A stretch of 64,000 nucleotides of DNA, taken from Lama glama (Eukaryota). The translations under genes were made by a program, and so were the position numbers. This document shows, in pieces, positions 1 to 12,236 of this stretch. Location of the stretch: NCBI GenBank assembly GCA_028534125.1, contig CM052817.1, forward strand, positions 95,916,001 to 95,980,000, read 5' to 3'. The number at the start of each line of letters is the position of its first letter. The first letter of the stretch is position 1. The notes below the pieces were generated by a model, which ran no database searches, was not told the origin of the DNA, and worked only from the letters and a program-made list of their open reading frames with translations.

Positions 1-1019
1 GTATCTGTTCACACTCTTGAATGGCATCCCATTACGATTTATTTTCTAACTCTACCTTATCTCTTTTTAATATTGATTTTCTTTTTATCTTGTTTTTAAT
101 AATCCTTTTGATTACTCTCGCTTCCCTCGAGATGTTTATTTCCTTTTCTTCTCAACTGGTCTCTTTAGTCTCTCACAAAGCTTTCAGTCAGTGTTTTCCA
201 CATAATATTTATTTTGCCTTCCTTTGCAGTACCCACAAAGGAAAACATGTCAGAAGGCTTTACGAGGAGAATTACAGAATGTGGAGCAGAGGAGGTCCTC
301 TGAGGTGGTTCCACCTAAGCCCACTGTTTTCACAGGGGGAATCTTCCACGTGAAAGACTCTCCTTTGTGAACCTCTGTACCTGTTTTGTCTTTCCTGTTT
401 TGAGAGTCCTTGACTGTCATTAGCCGTGTGGTACTAGACAAGTTACTGAAAGCTCTGGCGGGCCGCCCCCTCTCTGAGATGTAAGGACACTTCCCACTAA
501 CAGCAATGGTCGTCCACCCCCCTTTTCTCCCTCCCTCACCCTTCAGGCCACCGTCCTTCCCTCCCAGGGCTGTGGCGAGAGGCTCAATGAGACATCTGAC
601 TGCAAATGTCCTGATAAAGACTGAAGCACCTAATACAAATATCCGAATACCTGTTTTCTTCCTTTTCCTTTCCTCACAGTTTCTTTTGTCACCCTAGGGA
701 CACTCTCGTTCCCATTACTCTAGTCACTCACCTACCAAACTGTCTCACATATATTTTTAAAAGGCTCCCAATTATTGCTTTCTTTTTCTAAGCTTTTTCA
801 ACATTTTTCTTTTAACGTTGAAGCTTCTGAAAGTTGCAGAAAGCTTCGGTCACTATGGGCAACAGACTCTTGGTTTGATGAATCGACTCCCAGTTCCTAG
901 CAACTGAGACAGAGAAGCATCAAGTAGAATGTATTACAAAACTAGAAATGCTAATTCTCTCTCGTCCGTAATTAGTTTTTGAAATAATATAAACTATGTT
1001 GCTATAATAAATATTTTAC

Positions 1020-1240
1020 AGCAGCTAACATTTCTTGAGCACTTACTATACACTAGGTATTAGGCTCAGGGCTTTAGGTGCATATTATTTAATTCTCCCA
1101 ATGACCCGAAGAGATAGTAGGAGGTACCTATCTCCACTTTACAAATGAGGAAAGTGACAAAAGTTACGACATAGTTAAACAGGATTCAGCCTGGAGTCCC
1201 TCTGACTCCAGGGTTGGCAATTTTAACCCTGACATTATTC
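1020..1240 (-). mobile_element. MIR SINE
   Basis: Reverse-complement MIR 3' end (agctaacatttcttgagcacttacta) and core (tttacaaatgaggaaagtga). Confidence 0.75.
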
Positions 1241-1834
1241 TGCAGACAGATAAATGAGAACACAGAATAATAACTCTCAAATATATTTTAAATATGCAGA
1301 GCAGAAGAGGCTCACAGGCCAGACAGTACCACGGTGACAGGTCAGGTCTATGGCCCTGAGAACGCTAACCACAGAAGCAGAGTGTTGCGGGGAGGTTGAA
1401 TTTTCTAGGCTGGGTCTCTCCTGGTTTACGCTAAACCTCCACCATCAGAGGTCACTGGCATCCTGCACAAAAAAAGACAGGCCGATTTCCATGATGAGAT
1501 TTTTGTCTCCTGATATCTGGATTGGTTTTAGCTTTATTAACTGGTAAGTAAAAGAAAAAAAAATGCACCACAGTCCAATTTCACTAATTCTAAGAAGGAA
1601 GGAATAAAAAGGAGGAAAAGAAAAGGACGCTCAATGGGCTCTCTTGGTATCTTTGACTAATCTGTTTGTATGTGTGTATGAACTCGAAGAATCCAGTTAA
1701 ATACTCTCTACAAATTCCCCAACCAAAACAAGTATGATGAATTTAAAAAGTAAACGAAATAGTTTAGCGCAGTGGAAAAAGCATGGGTAAATGCTTCTGG
1801 AAATGTCAAATGGAAATGAATTTCAATTCTAAGC

Positions 1835-2010
1835 GCACTATTTGCCATCTGATTTGGGGTGAGCTCTAAACTACTAAAATCTGATTTTAGGCAAGCCCCT
1901 GAACTACTCTGAGTGTGGGTCGTCATCTGCAAAACAGCAACGAAAATAAATAGTACCGTAGTCTTTCACGGTCAGAATGACACAGTCCCTAGCACAGTGC
2001 CTGCATGCTG
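1835..2010 (+). mobile_element. MIR SINE fragment
   Basis: Core-like ggcaag...catctgcaaaac...atagtacc...cacagtgcctg. Confidence 0.5.
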
Positions 2011-2246
2011 CTGTTTTTCATTCCTCCAATCAAATCCTCAGGTGCTATGAGGCCTTCCAGCATGAAAGTAGAATGTGAAAATCAGCTTGTAAATTTTGTC
2101 CAATTGAAACATCCTCCAAATTTAATGGAGTGTTAGCCATTAACCATTAGCCAGAAACACGATTAGAGCTACTCCATATTCCATTGTTTACCAAAGAACA
2201 TACATGTCTGACAGGGGGCCAAGCAAATTCAACACACCCCAGAACT

Positions 2247-2376
2247 GGGGGGAGGGCCCAGTGGTAGGGCGCATGCCTAGCATGCATGAAGCCCTGGGTT
2301 CCATCCCCAGTACTGCCATTAAACCAACCAACCAACCTAATGACCCCCCCGAAACCCAAAAAAACCCCAAAAAACC
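2247..2376 (+). mobile_element. Camelid tRNA-Ala-derived SINE (Vic-1-like), degenerate A box
   Basis: gtggtagggcgcatgcctagcatgcatgaagccctgggttccatccccagtac followed by an A/C-rich tail. Homologous to the copies at 20652 and 42303. Confidence 0.85.
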
Positions 2377-3100
2377 TTCACTGAACTTCACTGAAGGCAG
2401 CACAAGGCAGAACAGAAGGGCCTCAAAACCAAGGCCTTATGACAACCCAGCCGACTCCATGCTGAAATGTTCCCTCTGATTCAACTAGTTGCCATACTCC
2501 CCACCCCTCCCCTCCTTCAGTGATCCCAAGAATGGCTATTCTGTGCTTTTCAAGGAATTCTGCAGCCACTGACAGGAGATCTGTATCCTTCCTGGATAGG
2601 ATGAGGGGGTCTGATGATTACTTCCGCCGCAAGGACCAGCAAACAGCCAGCCAGCGAAAGGCCAACGTCTTTTCGAAGGTGCCGTAACAAGCCGTTTACA
2701 AAAAGGACTTTAAAATAGCTCCTGCTCTCAGACTTCCCCACTTAAGTCGCAGTTTCCCTGTGACTTAATGGCTCTAGGCTTTACTCTTACTTCATAAATC
2801 ACAACCACAAGCTTGGGAAAAATGCTTCAAATTACACCAATCAATAAATTTTTATTGACCGTTTACAACCAGCCACGTGCTACACCGAGTGCTCTAAGAG
2901 CCAAGCGCCTGATGTGAGGCCTGAACCCTCCACGCTCTGACACCACTGCGGGCGCCATAAACAACCCAGGCCCTTTCCCTTGGGTAGCGCATTGCCATCC
3001 CCTGGCATTCAAGGGCCTGGCGATCTGGTCCAAGCTTACCTTTCCAGTTACCACTACTATTTTTAATCTCCCTCTACGCCTATTGTTCTATCAAGTCTTT

Positions 3101-3122
3101 GTGTGTGTGTGTGTGTGTGTGT
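3101..3122. repeat. (GT)11 microsatellite
   Basis: Direct read. Confidence 0.95.
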
Positions 3123-3639
3123 CTACGTTTGCACTATTGTTTCTTCTCCCAAGAACTCCCACATGGCATCTGTGTTTGCTGAATAATTAGCTATTTTAGT
3201 GACTCATGTCGAATCCCATCTCATGCATGAGGTCTTGCCCTCCCACTCTTGTTAGAAGTGCTTTCTTCCTTGACTCGTCTGCACGTTATGTTCCTGCAGC
3301 ACCAGAAGGACACTTAGTTATCAGCGCACAGTTCCAGTCTATAAACTCATGTGGGGTCAGAATCATTACTTGTGGGATTTGCTATGGTAACTTTCTCCTA
3401 CCAAAGGCTTAAGTAGTACCTGTCGAACGTATAACACTGGTGGAAGGAGTTGCATGAGAGGTGAACCTCTAAGAACATGAAAAATGAACTAGGACATGGA
3501 GACCAGTGTCAACTTGGGGATAGCCTAAGGAAGGGACTGAAGTGAGAATGCATGAGGTTCCTCCAGCAAACAGCAAAGATTTTACCTCAGCCTAAAGCTT
3601 AGACAGCATGAACGCCAGTAGTGGTTTACTTAGCCCCCC

Positions 3640-4290
3640 TAAAATAAACTCCACCCTGTAGGCACTGGGTTACCACTGAAGATCTCCAAACAAGAGAGCT
3701 ATTATCAGAACTCAATTACTGGAAGCAATAGGAAATGTGGAAGAAAAGTTCAGCCTGGAAAGGAAGACACCAGTAAGATTTCCATGGCAACAGTCTAGGG
3801 AGAAAGAGGCCATGAGAGCCTGAATGAGGGAAGTGGCCTCAGAAGCACAAAAAAAATACTACTGAGGTAGGATCAGGACATTTTCAAAATAATGATGCGA
3901 AGGATTCCAGTCTGAGTAATGCTGTGGATGGTAGTTCCATGAAAAATTTAGACAGAAAGAGGAAGTATTGGGGAAAAAGATGAATTCCATTTTGAATACT
4001 TTGAGTCTGAGGTCTTGTTAAGACAGTCAGGTGAAGATGGCCAGGTGGAAAGTGATAAACAAACAGTGCCGGGGCTCTGGAGGAATGGTCGGAGGGAAGG
4101 TCTGGGCTTCATCAGCGGGAAGCTGAGGGCTGGAGGCAGGGGAGCGGAGGAGGCCCCCTAAGCACACAATGTGAATAACGAGCCCAGGACCAAGAACAGA
4201 CCCTTGGGTCCTGTCCACAACTTGAGGGTGGCAGGAGCCAGAGGGAGCGATCAGGAGAAAAACCAACAGGGCAGCCGCGCAGAAGCCAAG
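3640..4290 (-). mobile_element. L2 LINE fragment
   Basis: Purine-rich degenerate text typical of antisense L2 (ttgagtctgaggtc...aggaccaagaacagacccttggg). Confidence 0.65.
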
Positions 4291-4347
4291 TCAAGAGCGT
4301 GATTCGTCGTCTAGGAAATTAACAACGAGAGATCGCAAATCACTTAC

Positions 4348-4399
4348 CTTGTTGAAAAGATGAAGGTTAAAAGCATAAAACTCAGCTGAATAGAACATA
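4348..4399 (-). CDS. SLC10A7: SLC10A7 coding exon (exon 9 equivalent), 52 nt, (I)CSIQLSFMLLTFIFST(R)
   Basis: Acceptor ctttttttccttcctcag| and donor ag|gtaagt, phase 1-2. Continues the frame of the 166-nt exon. Confidence 0.95.
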
Positions 4400-5319
4400 C
4401 TGAGGAAGGAAAAAAGATGGAATCTCAATTAGCACCGTAAAAAGCAGCGTCTGCAACATGTTCACTGGTATGCTTAGTTTTATCTGAAACTTCTGGGAAC
4501 TCAAATAGAAAAACAAGCCAAACAAACATACATTGCTCAAGTGACAGAATCATTTAAATGAGCAGGACTCAACTTCTCCTTACTGAAGATATCCCCGGTT
4601 ATAAACTACGGTGTTTGCTACTCAGGGCAACCCTAAAACCCTCTTTGGTTTAAAGTGTGGTTATTTAATGTGTTCAATTTAGGAAGAGCTGCTTTACGAG
4701 TAACTGAAAATAGCATAAATGCGGTAGCATATAACATATATTTTGGAATAACTCATGTCAACTTTAATAACAAAAGGTTCTTTAATATTACAATTACCAA
4801 GAGTTGTCTTTGGTATTACAGGATAAATAGAAAAAAAGGTTGATTTTTGAGCCTAGCAGTTAACTTGCATTTTAGAGTCTGCTGCTTCTTAAAATGAAAC
4901 TATCTTACTTTGGGTATATTTTCATAGAAAAAATTACGTGAACAGTCACATTTTAACCAATACAAGCCAATTACTATACTTACAAAGTGATAGTATCGTC
5001 TAAGTCCTATTTTTAATTCACAAAAAAGGGTAAGATTCACTCAAAGTTACAATAAAATTAGCTGGCGAAAAAGTGCTCAAATCAAACATTTGAATTTGAC
5101 AGATAATGTGGCTTCTTTCATCTGGCATCAACCATTGTAAATCAGACATAAAAAACAAAGGAGATTAAGTCATAAGTGCATAACTGATGTCTTTTTAAAA
5201 AGCAGATCCACATGAGAAAGGCACTGAGTCCATACATACAATATGAAATGAAGTATTCTCTTCTGATCAAATTAACATTGGAAATGAGTTTCAGGAACAC
5301 AGGTGCCTAAGCTTTGCTA

Positions 5320-5778
<459 letters not shown>

Positions 5779-6687
5779 TCATGCCAAATGCTCTTTGCTA
5801 GCTGTCACTGAGACATGCCCATTAAGCCTCCCCAAAGTTTATCTCCTCTGCTGATCCTAATGGATGTGTGTAATTATCACAGTCCCCTTCGCCTCAACAG
5901 ACAATTCCAAGTGCAACTTTGGGAATCTTAAAAATCTGACATCTTCAAGAATTTCAAGACGGTAGATAATCGAAAGTGATCCGTGGAACATATTAATATT
6001 TAAAATGCTAGCAATGCACCAGAAGTTTTTAATTAAATTATAACTCATGCTTGAAAAGCAAAAGTGCATGTGTTGTGGGAGTTTAAATAATTCAAACTCT
6101 GACTATCTAGAGTTTTTGTGATTCCAAAGACAAATGCCATTTGCATGCTTTTAGAATTCCGGAATTAACACTTAAAAATGAATAAACCTGTCCTAACGTT
6201 CCTACAAAAGGATGAGTGAAACATTAAGTCATATAGCAGTCCTCTCTTATTTTAAAATCAAATCAGAGATTTCAATCTGGGGGCAGCCTGAACATGGGTG
6301 AGAACTTGAAGTTTGGATATAAAAGTGAACCTCTCTATTCAAAATCTTTTGCTTTTGAAAGAGGCTGAGCACACCCTGTAATGAGGACTATAGTTGAGAC
6401 ATATTCAGTTTTGAGTCACTCATTAGCCTGCATAATTGAACATGAGATTTCACAACAGGCGGAATTACCGTGATCCATTAGCAATAATGAGGTCAGGGAA
6501 CTTCTCCTGACAAGGCTGATGGGGTTCTGTCATCGTCTACTCTGTCGCTAAAAAGGCTTAATTCGCAATGAGGCATGCCTTCACACGGCCTCAAGAACAA
6601 ATAAACGACTCTCGAGAGAACCTGTGGATGTATGGCTATTGGATCAACTTCATCTGATCTCAAGGACAGTAAGTGAAATGTGTTTTT

Positions 6688-6733
6688 TAAAAAAAGAAAA
6701 AAAGAAAGAAAGAAAGAAAGAAGGAAAGGAAAG
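6688..6733. repeat. A-rich/(AAAG)n simple repeat
   Basis: Direct read. Confidence 0.9.
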
Positions 6734-8615
6734 GGAGTCCCAGCAGAAAACTGACCGTTTGGTACAAGGTACAGGTGCAGACCTTGAAGGCTGGGTGGGG
6801 AGGGAAGAGAAAGAGGGTTTACAGAGAGAGACAAATAGTGTCTCTCAAGTATTTTAAAAAGTAGATCTTATCATTAAAGTTACAGCTACATCTATAAAAA
6901 ATCGTGTTTTCTTTAGTTTTTGTTGAAGTGATCCCAAACCAGAGCAATTTATCTAGGCTTCATTTCTTTTCTTAAAGTGTAGTGACATATAGAGACCGAA
7001 GCACCGTTCTGTCACTCAGCCATGGACTGATGTATTAGAACGCAAGTTTTGGTGCTCGAGGGACCCAGATGGCCTCACATCCAGATATGTCACCATGGGG
7101 GAAGTGCTGATTAGAAGGCTACAGAGACTTCATTTAAAAGGTCATTTTATAACCTATTGTTTCTGGTAGTGTAAAGCTGGTAATGGCCCCAATTTAATGC
7201 AACTCGACTTCTTTCGGAAAGAAAATAAATTACATGGAGTTATTGAAATGGATACTGTCTTCCAATTTTGTTTGAATGTACAATAGTTAAAAACACAGAA
7301 GTCCCTCTCGGCAATAGGTTATAGAACGTATGATCCCAAATCCGAAAGTCAAAGCATCTTCTCCCACCACCATCGACCCCTCTGACAAAATAAACAAATA
7401 AATATGAATGAGGTGTAACTCGGAAGTCAAAGCCATTTGAAAGACCAAGACAAATCTCTAATCATCAATCAACTTTATAAGATGTAATTTGACTTAGTCA
7501 ACCTAATGACTTCTTCCTGCATTACTAAGTCCTCAGGGTCTCACAGTACATTAGGGTTCTTTTAACACGGCATGACACACAGGTTCCAAATCCTGCACCC
7601 TCCCAGCCAGAATACCTTTCCTCTAAACACATCAATGTGTTAGTGCTGGGTACTTAATCTTGATAAAGAAAACAACTAGAAAGTTGGAAACTGGGCAGAC
7701 CCACGAGTGAAACAGCAGCCCTAGAGGCAAACAGGTTGTCTTTCGCTGTTCTTTATTTTACAGTGATACTTGCCTGTGTTTTCTCAGTAAGCCATTTTAT
7801 TCCTTGCCACCCTCCATAGGGCTTTTCTACCCTCTTCTAAAATTAAATTCACAAAGCAGCTGCTTTTGCCCTTTGTAGCTAGAAAAGTGTTAAAATATTT
7901 CATAAGCTACTGGGTGAAGTCGTGTTGATACGCCTCAAATACGTGCTTTGGATATAAACTGCAGGAACCCCATCTTCTCTTATATTTTTGACACAATCAT
8001 TCTCTAATTGATCAGAATCACTGCTGTTTTAAAATGTTCCAAACTTCTCTGCCTCATACAAATGTTTGATTACCTTACAGGAAACAAGGCTTTGCTAGGA
8101 ATAGATCAACACGACCTGATGGATCATTTGCTCTTGCAGCTCACAGAAACTCATGTACTCAAAGCTAAACAACAAATCCTCACTAATTTGTTTGCTTTTC
8201 CCTCTGGAAAGTGAAGGGAAAGACTCTTCCACAGGAAGGTTTTTATTTTATTGTCTCATCTTCTACATTTTGATTTTCTTTATTTTAAATTAAGCACCAG
8301 GAAAGGTTAAAGGGAAACTTAAATCTGAATCCCTGTACATCTAATAGGCTGAGCCACATATCAGTTACTGCATGACCTCCAAGCTAAACCCTGGAAAAAT
8401 AATACGTTTTGGGGGAAGAAAGCTGATATACCAAGGTAAGTGTTAAGAGCCACAGTTTTAAGTGTCTTCATTTTTTTTTTCAGGGTATTTTCTTGTGGAT
8501 TTTTTTTATAATTATTTTTCTGCCCTGTCTTTACATTTATAAATTGATTTTTGAGTGGGGATCATTTTTCGTGTTAAATCTAAATTTTAAAATTTATTTT
8601 TCTCCAAGTGGCTTT

Positions 8616-9220
8616 AGATACATGCACCCCAATATTCATAGCAGCACTATTTACAACAACCAAGATGTGGAAGCAACCTAAATGTCCATTGACAGATGAT
8701 TGGATAAAAAAAGTTGTGGTGTGTATATACAATGAGCAATGGAATACTGCTCAGCCATAAAAAAAGAATGAAGTAATGCCATCTGCAGCAACATAGATTG
8801 AACTAGAGATTATCATACTAAGTGAGGTAAGTCAGACAAGAGAAAGACAAATATCATTTGATATCACTTATAGGTGGAATCTAAAAAAATGGCACAAATG
8901 AACTTATTTATAAAACAGGAAGAGACTCACAGACATAGAAAACAAACTTATGGTTACCAAAAGAGAAGTGGTAGAGGGAGGGATAAATTAGGAGTTTGGG
9001 AATAGCAGATACAAACTACTATAAATAAAATAGATAAACAAGGTCCTAGTGTACAGCACAGGGAACTATATTCAATAGCTTATAATAACCTATAGTGAAA
9101 AAGAATACATATAATGTATAATGTATAAGTGAATCACTAGGCTGTACACCAGAAACTGACACAACATTGTAAATCAACCATACTTCAAAAGAAAAAACAA
9201 AACAAAACAAAACAAAAAAA
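8616..9220 (+). mobile_element. 5'-truncated L1 (end of ORF2, 3'UTR, A-rich tail)
   Basis: catagcagcactatttaca...aacctaaatgtccattgacagatg...ggaatactgctcagccataaaaaagaatg...aaatcaaccatacttcaa followed by an (AAAAC)n tail. Confidence 0.92.
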
Positions 9221-9662
9221 GAAATGGTGGCATTTAGTGACTGCTTGGATGTAGGAGCGTTAAAATGTGAGGAAAGAGAGGAGGCAATGTGGTTTCTAGG
9301 GGGAGAGCCTGAGGCTGTGACTCTTAATTCCCAGACTGGATTATAAGAGGCAGGTGTAAACACACAACCTTTTTGCTTGTAGGTAGTTGCAAGTGTGAAA
9401 GTTTATTCTTTGAAAAAACAGAGTACTTTTAAAAAATTACCCAAGTTACTTTTGGACGACCTTACTGCTTTATAACTTACTGTAACACTTTACTAGTTGG
9501 CACACAAAGACGAGCCATCTAACAATTCATTAGCCTCTCTGGTTAAATATTCTTAACTACATAAATTATATAACCCTATATGTTTTAAAAAAAAACATTG
9601 ACTAGCTTAGACAAAGTTTTTTTTTTTTTGGTCCATACAGTTTATGTCAAACATTTATTATT

Positions 9663-9869
9663 TTAAATATTTATTTATGTATGTATGTATGCATATATGT
9701 ATTGACATCTAGTTGATTTAAGACACTGTTAGTTTCAGGTGTTCAGCAAAGTGATTCAGTTATATGTATATATATATTCTTTTTCATATTCTTTTCCATT
9801 GTGGTTTATTATGGAATATTGAGTATATATAGTTTCTTACGCTATATACAGTAAGACCTTGTTGTGCAG
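9663..9869 (-). mobile_element. Short L1 3' end with TSD
   Basis: Reverse L1 3'UTR. TSD acatttattatt at 9651-9662 and 9870-9881. Confidence 0.88.
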
Positions 9870-10084
9870 ACATTTATTATTAACAGAGATATTTCCAAGA
9901 TTCACTAGGAGAAGAATATATGAGCCCTGAGTTATCATACGGAATTATTTTCAGAACGAAGAGAATAAGTATGAGTTTAAACTAATCCACTAATCGACAG
10001 CTTAAACTGGCCAGAGCTGAGAAGGGCAGGTGGGTTCTGCCACGCCTCTGTAGGACACAGCATTTCCCTCGTTGATCATAGAAC

Positions 10085-10500
10085 ACTCACTCATTCACTC
10101 CCTCGCTTACTCATCCCGCACATACTGATTGGGGGCCTATGGTCTGGGTATGGAATGGTACACAAAATAAATGTGGTTCCCTGTCCTCATGAAGCTTACA
10201 GTCTAATGGGGGAGACAAACATTAACAGTAAACAAAAGGTAAGCATCTATTGTGACAAAGGCCAAGAAAGGACTCCCACAAGATGTCACAATAAAGAATA
10301 AGAGGGAAACATACTCCAGACAGGTGGCCCAAAGGAGGTATGAATTAAAGAGTCCAATGAACAATGAGCTGGGGGTGGGAAGGTGGATAGATAGATGTTC
10401 TAAACAGAAAAATTAAGCAGGAATTGAGAAAAGGCCAGGGGAGGTGAGAGTTTAGGAAATGTGGCAAAGAGGTTCGAGAGATAGGTGACATAAGATTTAT
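10085..10500 (-). mobile_element. L2 LINE 3' fragment
   Basis: cactcattcac...ccctgtcctcatgaagcttacagtctaatgggggagacaaaca (antisense L2 3' end). Confidence 0.7.
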
Positions 10501-10651
10501 TCGGAATACTTGTTATGTGAGCAGCACTAATAATTCAAGAATTATTCTATTTAATTAAATGGCATTCTCTGAGTGCTTTTAAAGCCTCCCGCATTTCCGT
10601 AAATTTAGTCTCTTTTCTAAGAATAAAATTAAAATTTAAAAAAAGTGCATG

Positions 10652-11079
10652 TGTAGTGGATGCTGTGGTGTGCCCCCCAGATCTGTCTCTTCAGGAACCA
10701 AGATGGTTATTCCCACATCTGCAGGGTGTGTTGATTGACTGAAAGACCTCAGTTGAGTTCCTCCTTGGGAACTGCTGCGCAGAGGGCAGATTCACCCAAG
10801 GTCGTACATCTCCTGGGGAGGGAGGGAAGCCGGCATCCGATGACTACTTAGTGCAAGAAAGAGTAAAAAAGCCAGGCACCTGTGTTTTAGGCAGGACAAC
10901 TCTGAGGGTTGGTCTAGCTGGAGGCCTTGCTGGGAATGCACCAGAATTCAACTCCTTCCTCATCCCTGCCCTGCTTTTCTCACTGTCCCAGAGCTGTTGA
11001 TCCCAAGGGTTCTCCCCCAATAAACTTTCCATGAAGGAAACCTCTGTCTCAGACTTGATTTCCCAGAGAATCTAAGACA
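10652..11079 (+). mobile_element. Solo ERVL LTR (LTR16C-like)
   Basis: TG...CA termini (tgtagtggatgctgtggtgtgcc...ctaagaca), AATAAA near 11019, and a perfect 5-bp TSD gcatg (10647-10651 / 11080-11084). Confidence 0.88.
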
Positions 11080-11189
11080 GCATGTAAATATTACATGTCT
11101 ATACAGACACCTTTTTTTTATAGTTAATACTTCAAAGAGTTGCTTCCTGTTTCGTATCTACAGGGAATTTGAAGACGATGACAGATGTT

Positions 11190-11465
11190 ATAGGCACTTA
11201 CCTGCATCAGGCTCTAGGATGCCAAAAACTTTATATGCATCATATTTCATTTGCTCCTCACAACCTTTTACGATAGGTCCTGTTATTATACAATTAGATG
11301 AATTATGAACCTGACTAGCTTAGACAAAGCTAAGTGTCTAATGACTTAGTGAGATTAAATGACTCGCCCAAGGTCACAGAGCAAATAAAAGGTAGAAATA
11401 AGAACTAGAGTCTGATTGGTCTTAATCCAGTATCTGTGCTCTTAGCCATGCTAATACACTGCCTT
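11190..11465 (-). mobile_element. MIR SINE carrying a ~30-bp internal insertion
   Basis: ctcctcacaacc...gagattaaatgactcgcccaaggtcacagagc...tgtgctcttagccatg. Confidence 0.8.
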
Positions 11466-12152
11466 CCTAAGACCGACTCCTTCCAGCAGAGCATTAAATC
11501 CCGTGATCTGTTACTGTGGCTCCCTGTGATTAAAACAACAACAACAACCTTATTTTCAAATTCGTATGCTTATAATTGAGTTACATGCTCGTTATTAACC
11601 TGTTAAAAGAAGTTTAGAATTTCTTCTGTTAGATGAATTCAATAAGAATGACAGAGGCAACGAAATTTTCTAAGAGCTAATTTTAAGAGCTAATAGAAGT
11701 AAGTGTTTGTTTTGTCAGTTACAGGATCACAAATACGAGCACTGCTCTCGGAGGAGTCTAAGAAGAAGCCAGCCAAAAGCAGGTGCTTGTTCCCCAAAAT
11801 GACCGTAAATGCCGAGACCTTATCAGAAGTCACAGAATAAGGTAATGACTTGATAGACGGCTTCAAGCTAGCTACAGACCTACAAAGAGGGGATCATCAA
11901 TTAAAATAAAGTCTAACAAATAGATTCTGTGTAAGTGTCCCTATTAATAGCCATCTGCAAAGCAGAGTGATATTTATTTAAAAAAAATAAAAAGATGAGA
12001 ATATTGTGATTGAGAATATTGTGATCACAGTCTCAGATTTTCACTGAACGGTTTCTTCCTCTGACTGGCTTTTCCCTCAATTGTCCTGCCCTCACATAAG
12101 AATTCACAATTTGATCTATAAAGAAAAGAGGAGAGAGAGTTGGAGAACTTAC

Positions 12153-12236
12153 CTGTCCAATAATGAGAGGAACCACAACAGTCATAAAAAGCTGAGAAAA
12201 AATGGACGTAAAAGGCACAGAAGAGGATGAGCCAAG
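12153..12236 (-). CDS. SLC10A7: SLC10A7 coding exon (exon 7 equivalent), 84 nt, [28 protein letters not shown]
   Basis: Acceptor ttcttgttttacag| and donor cag|gtaagt, phase 0-0. Overlaps ORF 12033..12218. Confidence 0.97.

Noticed and set aside
21..353. + strand ORF containing FLCSTHK, resembling the next SLC10A7 exon (IIFCSTHK)
   Set aside because: Wrong strand, flanking residues do not match, and the rest is low-complexity. Treated as coincidence.
11195..11206. Strong minus-strand donor CAG/GTAAGT inside a MIR
   Set aside because: I could not pair it with a convincing nearby acceptor.
9617..11311. A 1.7-kb retrotransposed insert bounded by the 18-bp repeat as TSD (poly-T follows the first copy)
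   Set aside because: A MIR continues collinearly across the second copy, and that copy lacks the T-rich end expected for an L1 endonuclease site.
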